Part shown: positions 1 to 13,300 of the stretch, in pieces | How positions within the stretch are numbered: the first letter of the stretch is position 1 | Layout of the letters: the number at the start of each line of letters is the position of its first letter | Assembly: GCF_036321535.1 (NCBI RefSeq) | Contig: NC_087436.1 | Span: 76,262,001 to 76,326,000, forward strand | Reading direction: 5' to 3' | DNA length: 64,000 bases | From: Camelus dromedarius | Lineage: Eukaryota | The notes under the pieces: generated by a model | The model's database searches: none | Told to the model about the DNA's origin: nothing | Seen by the model: the letters and a program-made list of their open reading frames with translations, nothing else | Made by a program: the position numbers and the translations under genes

Positions 1-587
1 TTTGTGTATACACACATATGTATATAATATATGCTATACATACAAGTCTGTACTGTAAAAGCAACATCTTGTAAGTAGTACAAGTACTACTTAAGGCTTC
101 AAAACTAGTACTTTTCTCAGTAGCATCTACAGACTTATAACGTTGTCAAAAGAGAATTTGTACAGTTTCCCAAATTTGTTTGTGTTTTATTAAAAAAAAA
201 CAAATTTCCTGGAAGGAAGTGAGGGTCTTCTTCTAATTCAATCCAGACTGTTAGATATATATTTAGACCAGAAAACTAAGTACAGTGATTTGAATTAACA
301 TCCCCTGCAGTGGCAGAAACCTAAAGTATATAATCACTTATTTTATGGGCAAAATGGTAGAGTAAAAGCCCTCACTGGTAGTGGAGTGAGACATGGACTA
401 GGTAAAAAGAGGAGTAAGATGCACTTTGAGCACTTTCCTTTCTTCTCTTCTTTATGTTTCTTTTGATTAGAAACTCCAGTGGTATTTATTGTATAAATTC
501 TGATCACAGAGGGAGACTTTTTGTCATCAGTGTTGTGGAATGATGCTAAAGAAGTAACAGAGACTCATGGAAGATGGAGCAGGGACT

Positions 588-1165
588 GTGTTCCAGTTCC
601 AGCTACCAGTTGCTGCATAATATTAAAAAAATAACATTTTATTATGCTTACAATTCTGTAGGTCAGTAACTCTAGGTCAGTCTGTCTCCACTGCGTGGTA
701 CGTAGAGCCTCAGCTAGGATGGCTTGAACAGCTAGAGATGGGATGCTGGGATGCTGGAATGTCCAAGTTGTTCATCACTCACATCTCCGGCACCTGGGCT
801 GGGATGTCTGGAACAGCTGGGGAGAGGCTGTTATCATTTTCTCTCCGTACAGCCTCTCTGCTTGGCTACCTTGGGCTCCCTTACAGCATGGAGCTCTGGG
901 GGTAATAAGGGTTCTTACATGGTACTTGGCTTCCTTCAGAGCAGGAGTTTCAAGGTAAAGGAAACAGAAACTGCCAGTTCTCTTAAGAATAAAGCCCAGA
1001 ACTGGCAAAGTATCACTTCCGGCATATTCTATTGATCAAAACAGTCAGAGACCATCCCAGCTTCAAAGGACTCCCTAGATTTCATGTCTTGATGGGGGAA
1101 TGATGTACAAGCACAAGGAAGGGAGGAACTGATAGTGGGCACTTTGGAGACCAGCTTCTGCAGCC
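588..1165 (-). mobile_element. MaLR solo LTR (MLT1H/K-like)
   Basis: Typical MLT1 motifs (ttgctgcataa..., cctcagctaggatggct, tatcacttccggcatattctattgatcaaa). Confidence 0.75.
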
Positions 1166-2479
1166 ATAAGGGAATTTGTCAGTTTACATAGTTTTGTAGT
1201 TACGTAATTTTAAATAGATGACACTCTATTATTCTTATTTTAAAAATCTATGAATTAAAAATATGTGTTTGAATGTGTGGAAAGTCAATTTTAGACATAA
1301 ATTCAGAGGAAGCTAGACCACAGAAAGTTGTGTTAGACTCTGGTATAGTCTCCATAGAAAGAAAATATAGTAGAGACTAATTGCCTGAGTCACTAAACTA
1401 GACTGGAAAAAAACCATGCAGGAGGGATCAATGTTGCATTGGCAAGGAGGTACTATTGGTCTTTTTAACTCCAAATATCTGCGATGTGTTGTAATATTTG
1501 TATTCTTTTGTGCCTGATAAAACTGCCTCGTAAAGTTCACTGAACTGTTAACATTGTCTGTCCATTTAGGGCATATATCCAAATACGTGACCAGGTCCCC
1601 AGGATGCTATTGAACTACATAATCTATCACCCAGTGCAACGTGTTGGTGTGTTAAAGGAAGTTAAGTACATTGCAGCTGCGAAACTCCTCTAAGCAGAAC
1701 ACTTCTTCCTCTTTTGTGGAAAAAAAAAAAGTGCAAAAATTCTTTCATCAGGCTATTTGCAAGTCCCTTGCTCCTCCGTGTCAGCTGCCCTTGGCTGCAA
1801 GATAACCATAAAACATTTACTGCAAAGCCATGAAGAATCCATATGTCCATTTGATGTGTCAGGCCACCAAGAAGCCAGAGCTTGTGGGGTAGCATAAGGA
1901 TATCTGAAGGTGACACATGCTGTCAGTTGATGAACAGAGATGCAGAAGGGGATTCTGGCAGCCTCTATCTTGGCCTTGACAACTTGTGATGGTGACCAGG
2001 TGGGGTGTGTTATCTTAATAGTCTGGAGCTCTTGTGAATTATTTGCTGATAGATGTAAACAGCTGTTATTCTTGGTAATGGAAAGCAATTAGAAACATCT
2101 GTACTCTTGGCTATGAGTAATGCCTCCTATCCTCACTGCTCCCAAGTGCCAATTGGAAATAACTACATCATCGGGATGGTGCTGGCAATTCTACACTGCA
2201 TTATGGGCTGATGATTAGTACTGAGCTGTGAAGAACAAGAGGTGAAGTGCGGGAGAAAGAGCCTTTACCTGGGATTTACGAAGCAAGAGGGGAAACTTAC
2301 ACTACATTATCTGTGCAACAGAAGGCAGGCACTATAGCTTTGGAAAAAGTAGATTTTTGCCTCAACCTCAGGGCTATCTCAATATAAAAAGTTACCAGTT
2401 CCTAAAGGAAAAGATGTTGATTTGTTCATTTGACAAGTCTAACATAGTGAGGAAGGATGGGGACCAGGTTGCATCCCAT

Positions 2480-2665
2480 TTCTGCTGCCTAGGTGACTTT
2501 GGGCAAGTTGCTTAACCTCTCAGCCTCAGTTTTCTCATCTATAAAATGGACATAATAACTACTTTATAGCATGGCTGTGAGAATCAAATGAACTAGTATA
2601 TGAGAAGTGCTTTGAACAGTGCACAGCGAATAAAAGGTACCCAGCCATCTTAACTACTATTGTTA
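2480..2665 (+). mobile_element. MIR SINE
   Basis: Core gtgactttgggcaagttgcttaacctctcagcctcagttttctcatctataaaatgg. Confidence 0.85.
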
Positions 2666-4299
2666 TTAGCATCTATTGTGTGTTTGGCACTACTAGGCTC
2701 TGAATACAGCCTTGAGCACCACATTCAAGATGGCTACTTTCATAGTGATTGCAACTTTATATAATATTCATAGAAGTGTTTAATCTACAGTACCTAGAAG
2801 AAACTTAACATAGTTTATTTCCCTTTTATCTTGTTTTCCAGGAAAGAGCTATGTGTTAGTTTCCCAAAGACTGAAAACTAGGACCTGTGACAGGTCCTGA
2901 TTGTTGACCAGTGCAGGTCCTGATTGTTGATGGCTTGAAAGAAATAGGAATCTGTAAGGAGCTACCTTGTAGATAATAGTTATTTAGAAGAATTTTATTG
3001 CTAGATCTGTTGAGTAATTATATCCTAATACTTTCTCTTCACAGAGATTTCCATAGATTTCTCCTTTGTGGTGCTCATTAAGTTACACAGTACACACACA
3101 TTGTCAAGTTGAAGTACAGACTATACATGCCTCATTATTTGGAAAACATAGAGACCAGTTCTGTCCCTGAACACAGTTGTCACAGTGTATAGTTTCATGA
3201 TGGAGATTTCTGAGGAAGACAAATGTTTGTCATAGGGAGAGGAGATGAGGAGTTGGAATTAATTCTGGCATAAGAAAAGGGAAAATTGAGGCAATTCTTT
3301 TTCTACAAGTTGAAGATCATTTTAGGAATGATAGTCTACCAGACACAGACTTTGTCTTAGGGTAAGGTAATATTTTCATTCATTTATTTGACAAATACAT
3401 CATCAGCTCTTCTTTTCTGTCATTTATACTAGTAAAAAGGTAGCATAGACCTTGCAAAGTTACATTGATTTTATGCACATTCTGTTGATTTAGAATTTAT
3501 ATTTGATGTTTGCATGAAGATAGTGTCTTATCCTGAAAGCTGAAGTGTACAACCAAAATCTAGAATTGTGAAAATAGACCAGCATTCTAGGTTACTACGG
3601 ACAAAGATTATAAAGTTGAGATGTTTGAAAACTGATAGAAAAGAGAAGTGGAAGTGTTTCTGTAAAAACGAGAAGATCCTCAGAGTTAGATAATTTAGGG
3701 TTTAAAAGGATATGCTGTAAACAGCATGCTAAATTTACAGTTAAGTCTGGCATTGTGTTGGATACTAACGAGTGCTTGTTAATTTATTATGTTTAAGAAC
3801 CTTACAATATAGGGGGAGGAGACCTTATACCAATGCTTAATCACCTTGACAATACATTTGATATTTTGAAAAAGGACTAGAATATTTTAATGTGGGTTTT
3901 TTTTTTTCTGTTGCTAAAAGTCCTTAAATGTCTTGCTTAATTGTTCACAGGAAGGGAAGGCATGGAATCTGCCATTCCCATTTGTCAGCTATAGAAACTG
4001 AGAGGGCATCTAATCTATTTTATAGTAATTCATTAAAACAAAAATGGCTTTCAATCTTCTGGCTCCTACTTGGAAAGCTTGCTCTTTTGTAAAGAGAATG
4101 CATTTAAAATGCAAAAGTTGACCAAAAAAGATAGTAAAAGTCAATGGAGACTGGTTAAGTTCTCAAAAACATATCTGCAACCACCATGAAGACAGAGACA
4201 AGCATATGACTCCAAGAGAGCAGCTGAAAATGAACTCTTTCTCACCAGGTGTTCTGGGGTGATCTATTTGCAAACTTCTCTGGGAAGAATTTGGCCAGC

Positions 4300-5070
4300 A
4301 GCAGCTTCCCTTCCTCTTGTTTCCATTTCTTGGACTCCCCATGACTGTCTCCCCTACCAACCTCAACCTGAACCCCATCCAATTAACCAGTTCTAGGGAT
4401 TCACATTTTTTCTTTGACATCTTCTCACCTCTCCACTGCCTTATTTTTGCCCCTTGTTGTCTCCCACTTGGACTCTTGCAATATCCCTCCAGTAGAAATC
4501 CCTGTTCCTATTCTTGTCCTCTTCAAATTCATCATCCACTCAGTTGTCAGTGATCTAGCCAATCTAGCCAAGCATCTGATCACACTGTATTATTTTTTAA
4601 ACACATCTTATTACTTCCCATTGCCAAAAGAAGGTTCAAGCTTCCTAACATACAAGGCCCTGAATTAGTCAGTTTCTACTGCTTCAACCCCATCTCTCAC
4701 TTTCTCTACTTCGAAATTTGTTCTCAAAACTGCTTATCATCGCTCTGCATGTATGTCTTTTTCATCCTGTTCTCTTTGATGACAAGACCCTGTTCATATT
4801 TCTTTGTCTGAAGAACTACTAGATAATCTTAAAGGGTTTCTCTCCAGTTATCTCTGCTAGGAAGCCTTCTGGACCTCTCAGTGCACAATAGTGGTGTTCT
4901 CTCTGTTCTGTTGTTTTGGTCTTATTACTACCATTCATATCTTATTGTTTTTAATTTATCTGCTTGAGGTCTAGGCTTTGAGATACTTGAAAGCTGAAAA
5001 TCACATCTTGTTGATATTTGTATCATTAGTATCCTTTATAGGAGGTTCTACATAAATATTTGATGATTTT
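4300..5070 (+). mobile_element. LINE-2 3' remnant
   Basis: Pyrimidine-rich L2-like text ending cataaatatttgatga. Confidence 0.55.
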
Positions 5071-5084
5071 AAAATACCAGTGAT

Positions 5085-5325
5085 GATTATTCTCTTAGTG
5101 ATGTATATTGGTTACATATGTGCTAGGCACTGAACCAAGTGCTTTGCATGAATCCTCTTCCTTAATTCTCTTAGCAGATCTGGGAAATATGTACTATCAT
5201 TATTCTCATTTAGTGACTGAGAAACTGAGGCTCAGCCTCAAGTGAGGCTGAAAGCAAACCGGCATTAGGTCACGTGGCTACTGAGTGGTAAGCCAGAGTT
5301 ACAACACAAGTTTAACTGGCTCTCT
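5085..5325 (-). mobile_element. MIR SINE
   Basis: tgtgctaggcactg...cattattctcatttagtgactgagaaactgaggctcag...ggtcacgtggcta. Confidence 0.8.
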
Positions 5326-5704
5326 TAAATGTTTATCTGAACTGGACTAAATTTTGCCTGAATCTTGGGTTCTTGACTTAGCCCTGCAGTTTGCTTACTA
5401 TGTAACCTGGAGGGTATGACTCCTCCAATTTATTTCTTCATCTGGGAAGGAGAACAGTAACACCTTCTCTATGTACACAGAACAGTTGCTGTCGTCCCAG
5501 TTGGCTCATTGTCCCTAATTCTTTTCCAACCGTGAATGAGGCCAGAGGCCCTAAAAACTGTCTCCCTGTCTCCCGATTCCAAGCTCTCGCAAACCCCTCC
5601 TGGCTTTACGTTTTTGTTGCCGGCTCCACATGGACTCGATGCCACAGACTGTCCTTGTAGTTGCTGAGTCCACTGAACCTTAGGATGCTCCTTTGGATTT
5701 CTCA

Positions 5705-5895
5705 TCCATTCACAACAGCTATGTGTTGAGCACTTGCTATGTGTCAGACACTGTTTTAGAGACTGGGGTACACATCAGAGAACAAGGTGTAGAAACCTCT
5801 GATCTTGAGGAGGCTATATTCTAGTGGGAGGGACAGACAATTAGAAACAAACACAGTAACTAAGTTAATTATGCAGTAGATTAGAAGGTGACACT
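5705..5895 (-). mobile_element. LINE-2 3' end
   Basis: cattcacaacagctatgtgttgagcacttgctatgtgtcagacactgttttaga...tctagtgggagggacagacaat. Confidence 0.75.
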
Positions 5896-6829
5896 CAGTA
5901 TCTCGACTCCAGGCCATCACTTTGCTATGATGGCCAACCTTGGCTCTGGGAACTCAGGGCCAGCCAGAGCTTCTGAGCCTCTCCGTGTGCCTAAGAGAGT
6001 ATTTTGGATAAATTACATGATCAAATGGGTTAATAAATGTGAAAATGTATTGTAAACCTGTTTTATGTCTGATTATCTCAGAACCACATTGCCGTCCAAG
6101 GTGTTAGCTAGCAAGGTCTTAGAGGAGATTACCCAGGACTTCACAGGTAACAGGAAATACTGCTGGCCTTCCTGCCTAAACCAAACTCCTGGTGCTGTTG
6201 GGTGGGAGATGAGGATTCAGTTGAAGACAGGAACAGACAGAAAAGACACGTTCCAGGAGATGTGTCTATTTCCTCTCAGACAACCAGTACCAGCGAACAT
6301 GTAGGGACTCTCTTCAACTTGGGATATACTGAGATGTTCTGAAGTTTCAGTAGAGGCTACAACTGAGTCACTTTCTTGGGGACTTAGAACAGATGCATAA
6401 AAATACACAAATTACAATGCAAGAAGGCAATGCTAAGTCAGGTGTAAACAACTTCTGTAGAAGTTCTTAGAAAGAAGTGATGATTGAAATCTGGGGCACC
6501 CTGTAAAGGCCCCAGGGAGGCAGTAAGGCTTGAACTATACCTAAAAAGAGGCTAGTACTTAGCAAAGTGAAATGAAGGTTAGGGCAAGAATGGACAATCA
6601 AGGTAGGGGTGAAAGAATCCTGGACTTGGGGCTGAATTTATCTTTGATTTCCAACATCCTACCTATTAACTACCAGACACAGGGCAAACTTCTCAACATT
6701 TCTGTGTGTTGCAATAATATGCTTTATTTCACAGTGCTTTTGTGAGGACTATATGAGATCATGAGATGTAAAAATTATTTAATTATAAAGAGTTATACAA
6801 ACATAAGCTATTACTTTTATAGTGGCTAT

Positions 6830-7274
6830 TGGTAGTCTTTGCTTTTTCCAGTTTTTGCATGACCTTTTCTCTTTTCTTATAAGAACACTCCAACTTTGTT
6901 TTGGGAGTTGTTCTTCCTCCTCCAGATACCGTGCCTTCCTCTAGCTAAGGGCTAGCCATGCAAACCAGGCCAGCTGAATTATTCTTCATTTCCCTGGGAT
7001 TTAACCCTTGAAAAGAAGAGTGACTCAAGGATGAAAAACTGTTGACATTGACTCTTCCTGGTGTTAGGACCCTGAAGGTACTATGTTCTAGTTTATGCAA
7101 CTTAGGACCTACCTTGATTCTTATCCTTTCTGAGTCTGGCATTTTTTCCCCCCTTTCCAGCTTTTCCTTGGATTCTGTAAGATGCTCCATATCCTTTCAA
7201 TAAATTTATTTTTTCTATCAAGTTTTGCAGAATCAGTTTCTGTTTCTCAAAACTGAAGAACGCTGACTGATAGA
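6830..7274 (+). mobile_element. ERVL/MaLR-class solo LTR (LTR16-like)
   Basis: AATAAA at ~7198 followed by gtttctgtt...gaacgctgactgata terminus typical of this class. Confidence 0.5.
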
Positions 7275-7689
7275 GTGTTTTAGGAGATGGAAGAATTTGA
7301 GGGTGAAGGTGGTATCTTTCATTATTGTAGATATCCAGCAACAATGCTGGCTCTGATATACGTGTAATGTTTACTAACAATATTAGCAAATGTTAACTGA
7401 AATAAAACGTGGGAGTGTTCATATGATGGAATGAAGGAAAGTAATGTAAAGAAAGCTGTAGGGACTATGTTGAGGAAGGCCTCGAAGGACAAACCCAATT
7501 CTTAATTATTTGGGAACTAAGAGGCCTTGAAAGTTTGAAGGTGTGATGGATAATGGAGTGATGTAGGAAGAATGGTGTTTTAGAAAAATTAATTGGACAA
7601 GCAGAGAAGAAGTTAACACTCACTGATGCTTTCCAGGCTCCAAATGCTTCCCGTGGATGACCTTGGGAAATGCACGGATTCCTCACACT

Positions 7690-7862
7690 CATCTATGAGA
7701 TGGGTACCATAATTATCCCCATTTTATAGATGAGGAAACAGAGACACAGAGTGGCCAAATAGCTGACCCAAGGTCAAACAGCTAGTGAATGATAGAGCTG
7801 GGATTGAAACCTAGGCAATCTAAATGCAGAGCCTGTGTTTTAACGGTTACACTATTTTGCCT
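7690..7862 (-). mobile_element. MIR SINE
   Basis: attatccccattttatagatgaggaaacagagacacagag...cccaaggtcaaacagctagtgaatgatagagctgggattgaaacctaggca. Confidence 0.9.
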
Positions 7863-8084
7863 CCATAGTACAGCTGTGCAGATGGGAAGAAGAAAGAGTT
7901 TTCAAGGAGGCCGTAAATAATCCAAGTCATTAGGATCTGGGCTAGACTGTTAGTTGTAGGGATGAAGAGGAATAGGTAAATAAATACATAGAATAAAGTA
8001 AGAGCTGTCAGGATTTGGTGTCACTGGCTATGAGCTGATATTTGGGGAAAGTCAAGGACTGTTAATTAAGTAACTAGTCAGTAA

Positions 8085-10380
8085 TTTATCCACTAATTCC
8101 ACAAACATTTATTGAGCATCTACCATATGTCATGCACTGGTCTAGCTGCTAGGGTTGTCATGGTGAAAAAGGCAGACAAGTCCTTTGATTTCATGGAGCA
8201 CACATTCTCCTGAGAGGGAACTGACCAAAAGCAAATAACCAATAGAAAGTATCTGGTAGCAGTAAGTGCTATGATGAAAATAAAAGAGGAAAGCAATAGG
8301 GAGGGATTAGGGTCTGTTTACGTAGTCTGAATACTCCAGACAGGACTCTGAGGAATTGACACATACACAGAGATCTAAATGATGGGAAGGAACCAATCAT
8401 CTGGGGGCAAGTGTCCCAGCAGAGGGACCAGCAAGTACAAGAGCCCTGAGGAAAGAATGAGCTGGACGAGCTTGAAAAACATGAAGGAGGCAAGTAGTGG
8501 GAAAAGAGTATAAAGAGATGAAGATAGAGCAGTGAAAAGAGTCTGCTTTTATCCAGGGTGTTGGATGCCAGTGGGCTAATTTGGAAGGTTTCAGTAGAGC
8601 AGTTATGTGATATCAATTCTGTTTTTAAAGAAAGGCACTCTGCCTAACGTGTAAGAAAGGAATTATGGTACAACAAGAATAGAAGCCAAGCAATATGTTA
8701 GGGGACAATAGTAGCAGTCTAGTATGTAGCTATAGAGATGGGGTTCATGGATTTGGGAGATATTTTGCAGGTAGAATTGACAAGACTTGATTAGATATAG
8801 AAAGGAGAGGAAAGGAAAGGATTTCTAAATATTTGCTTGAGTAGGTAGATTATGGCTCTATGTATTGACATGTTAACAACTTGAGAGGTCTTGGAAGTTA
8901 TGTTTTGAGTATGTTAATAAGAAGCATGTTAGAAATACAAATGGAAGTATCAAGAGGTCAATTGGATAGTCAATTGTATTATTGGATAAAAGTCAATTAT
9001 AGGTAAAGTTCAAGGCTTGAGAAATAAACCTCAGAATCACTGGAAATATAGATATTCTTTAAAGCCACGGGACTGGATGAAATCACCTGGTAGATAAAGA
9101 AGTTGTGATGTATATATATGATGCAATACTACTACTAAATGAAATAATGCCATTTGCAGCAACATGGGTGGACCTAGAAATTATCATACTAAGTGAAGTA
9201 AGTCAGAGAAAGACAAAGATCATATGATATCACTTATATGTGGAATCTAAAAAAAATGACACAAATGAACTTATTTACAAAACATAAACAAACTCACAGA
9301 CATAGAAAACAAACTTATGTTACCAAAGGGGGAAAGCAGAAGGGATAAATTGGGAGTTTGGGATTAGCAGATACAAATTACTACATACAGAGTAGATAAA
9401 CAACAAGGTCCTACTGTATAGCATAGGGAAATATATTCAATATCTTGTAATAACCTATAATGAAAAGAATATGAAAAAGAATATATACATGTATAACTGA
9501 ATCACTCTGCTATATATCAGAAACTAACACAACATTATAAATCAACAATACTTCAATTTAAAAAAAAGGAAATTCAATGTTGTAGAACTTTGGGTGATGA
9601 ATATGACGGACAATTCAGAACTGGAAAAACCAAGTGTCCAATAAAATTATTAAAAACTGCTAAAAAAAAAAAAAAAAAAGAGAGAGAGAGAGAGAAAGGA
9701 GTTCCAAAATCTGAGGCTATCTGATATTTAGGTCTATCTGAGAATAAGGAGTCAGCAAAGGAATGGTCGGTAAGGACAGAGGGAACATGAGCTGAGAGAA
9801 GTATCTTAAGAGTCAAAAACAGAGGAGCTTTCCAGGACGGAATGGTCTGATGCTGCTGAGAGCTCTATAGAGATGAGAACAGAAATGTTACTGTTGGATG
9901 GGAAAATGTGTAAATCATTGGTGGTCTTAATGTGCAAGCTCAGTGGGTGACGGGGCAGAAAGCCGGCTGGAACAGGATGAGGAAAAATTAGGAAGTGATG
10001 CAATAAAGGCAGAGACTATAGACAACTTTTTAAAGAAATTTTGCTCTGAAGTGGGTAGTAGAGAGCAGAATGTTAAGAAGATTTTTTGAATAACAAAACT
10101 AAAAGTTCTTTGTATGCTAATGAGAATGATCCAGTGGAGATGAGAAAACTGATAATGTGGTGTAAAAAGAGTCCTAATTGCAGGAGGAAATCGTTTGAGG
10201 ACCCCAGGGCCGAGGAGGTGGGAAGGGTGGTGGTGGAGACCTGACTTTTGATAGGAGGGACCTGTCTTCCATTGAAACTGGCAGGAAGGCAGAAATGATA
10301 GAGGTCCAGGTAAACCAGTAGACTGAGCATTGGGGAGCTAAAGGAATTTGTCTCATTGCTTCTTTTTAAATCAGATTTCA
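8085..10380 (-). mobile_element. Long LINE-2 (L2a-like) remnant, interrupted by an L1 insertion at ~9092-9703
   Basis: 3' end caaacatttattgagcatcta at ~8100. Degenerate RT peptide in ORF 9806-10003 (PAGFLPRH..KTTNDLH..SVLISIELSAASDH). Confidence 0.8.
9105..9567 (+). mobile_element. 5'-truncated LINE-1 3' end (cetartiodactyl type)
   Basis: atgccatttgcagcaacatgggtggacctagaaattatcatactaagtg...caacaaggtcctactgtatagc...atcaacaatacttcaattt(A)8. Confidence 0.92.
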
Positions 10381-13300
10381 AGTCTGGGTCCTGGGAAAAT
10401 GATGAAACAAATCACAAAAAAATAGAAAACCACCATGGGTATATGCAGACTTCACAGGATATAGAGAGAGGACCAGGGGGCTTAGAATAGCCTACAGTCC
10501 CTTCATCTGTCTGTGATCAAACGTGGCCTCACAGCTGTGCATGTCTTTCAAATGGTGGAAGTTGGGGAGGAAGATATGCAATTTTGCAAAATCCTAAAAT
10601 GTATTTTGAATATCAGGACTAGGTAACTGGTTATAGTGCCGTATTTCATTTCTTTGTGGAACCAGGGAGCATATAAATATATATTTAATCCTCAGTTATG
10701 TTCATTTGAATTATGTTCTTCTACTTACCAGTGCATCCCCATTAACTGCCACAGAGGCTGCGGCTCTTAACCGATATTTGTTGAATAAATGAATGAATGA
10801 TGTGATTTGAAGAACTTGGAAAGCAAGGAATTACCTTTCTCCAGGATAGGTGGGATAGTTTGAAAGAAACAAAGCTTTCATAAATGTAATGTTTTGTCCC
10901 TAAACTCCAAATCAAAGGAATTGAAAGGGAACAAAGCTAAGGTAGAATCTCTTAGGAAATTTAACTCAATTTGCATCTAGCTCTGAAAATCACCAATCAG
11001 AGTACTTTAAAAGATTCCACAGAAAGTTGTAGCCTTAGGTTAGAATTTCATGTTCCTTTCCTGGTGGTAGTATCCCACCCAAGTCAATACATGGCTCTTG
11101 AGTAATGGAAACCAGTATCAATTAGTATAAAGGGGCCTCATTAACAAAGGCTTATTATTATTTAGTTCTAAATAGAATCCTGACTGTTACAGAGTGTCTT
11201 CATCTGTGGCAGGGCATTAACTTTGATATCCCTATCAATCAAGTCTGAGTCAGAAGTATCAGGTTCATTATGTGAAAAAATATCTGCAGTTAATCACCAT
11301 AGGTAACAACATCTAACAACAGATTCTAGTTAATTTTTTTGAAGAATGGTGAATTCCTTTAAGAATGTGCAAATTGAATATTTAAGTATGGATCAGGACG
11401 TAGGTGACCAGTTTAGTAAATTCTCCACAAGAGTGTAGATTTTTTCAGTAGGGCGCCATTAGAATCAGTTGCATATCACGCTGATAGTTTTTGCAGCATT
11501 GGGCAGGGCCAGTAGATGGTGGTCTTAAGTTGCAAGTTGCTATTACGGTAACACCTGTCAGCATGCGAAATAACTACTACTCTCCACAAAATGCCAAAGA
11601 TTCACTTTTCATTCATCAGGTACTGTAAATTGGAAGAAAACAAACAAGAGAGCACTTCAGGATGATATGTTAACTGTTTATTTTTCAAAAAACATGCTTT
11701 TCTTTAAAAAACCAGAGAAGTCATAACACAGCACTTTAAAGTTATGCAATGTTTTTATCAGAATATGATATAAAGAGCTTTATCCATTGTTTATTTTTTC
11801 TCAAGAATGAGAGAGATTTTTAATTTCTTAGTTAGAATGCTGTTTGTTGGAATTCTGAAGACCCAAGACCAACTCTAAGCTGCAATACCTAAATAAGATA
11901 TCCCTTAACATTCTCTATTGTTAAATGCGCTTTAGAGATTCAATTGCAGGAGTATTACAATACCTTGTAATTATGCAGACTGACTAGAATTAAAGACTTT
12001 GGAAATTAATTTTGAGTTGAAATATTAAATTAAGTAGAATGTTTTATCATAATGGCATAATTTAAAACTAACTAAAAATAGCATTAATAATAATCATGAT
12101 CAGTCTCCTTTCATTAAAAGAAGAGATTTAGCGCTAAATTATTAAATGATCAAATTTATGGTGCCCAAGTTAGTAAAGATTTTGTAGTACTGTAAATCAT
12201 GCTACATGATTTCTGTCCGGTGACTACAGCAAATTAGTCACTACAGTAAATTTCAGAGGGTGTTAATAATACAAACACTTTAGTGTTGGAAGCTTTGATA
12301 GAATGATACTGCATGTATCCTTGGGCATTCAAATGTTCCATTTTTCCGTCCCAGCAGCATATTACATAACTGCCATGGGTAGTAGTAGGGATGGACAGTT
12401 ATACCTTGAACAAAAGAAGAGGGTAAGCTTTTTATTTTTATAAGCCAATGATTTATGAGAAGTGATTTCTGCTTCCCAACATTAACCCTTGGCCACCTTC
12501 TATTCAGTAGTCTTCTGATTTTACTTTGAAATTGTACTATCTGTGTTTTAAGCAGAACATATGTTGCTCTACAAACTACAAAAGGCAAGAAATGATTTGC
12601 TTTTATACTGATTTAAAAATCATGTTTTATATATATATATATATGATTTTTTTTTCACAATTGAAATTAGCTATGCCAACATGGGAGCTGTGAAATGGGC
12701 AAACAACCTGAACAGAAAGCAAATAAGCACCAGCCTCTTGAGCAATGAGGGTGGGGTTGATGATAAGGTGAAGTAGGGATTTGTTTTGTTTATTTTGTAA
12801 TGTTTCCTAAGGAAAGTTTTTATAGATATTCTGAAGTATATGCTAGATTTGTTTGTATTTAATACCTTTGAATGTTTCCTTTCTTTTTTGCCACAGATAG
12901 AATTTTTGGTATATGACCTGTATTTTAGAAAGTTATCAGATCTGAGAATCTCTAAAGTCATATGATATTGCAACTGATTGGTACATGTGTGAAATGTGTG
13001 ACTCACCCAAATCACTCTTCAGAACTTTCTTTTCTAGTCTAAGTATCAATGTCTATGGGGGTTTTGTGCTACAAAGACTGTGTATTACAGACCTGTTAAT
13101 ACATAATGGAAGTTTTAGAAAATTGTGGGGAACTAAGTCACCTCATCAAATATGGATTAATTTCTGAGAATGTTAGCAGTATTTTGGACCAAGAATGCTC
13201 CTTTAAGTGGCTTGCTACTTTTCTTTTACATGTAACATTTGACTGTGAGTTTATCCCGTGTCTTTAGCATTACCGAAGTCATTTTGGCAAAGGGAATACA

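Noticed and set aside
1313..2088. Overlapping minus-strand ORFs with protein-like flavour (e.g. HPTWSPSQ)
   Set aside because: I could not assign a family, and stops occur in all frames. A BLASTX/Dfam search would be needed to test for an ancient pseudogene or transposon.
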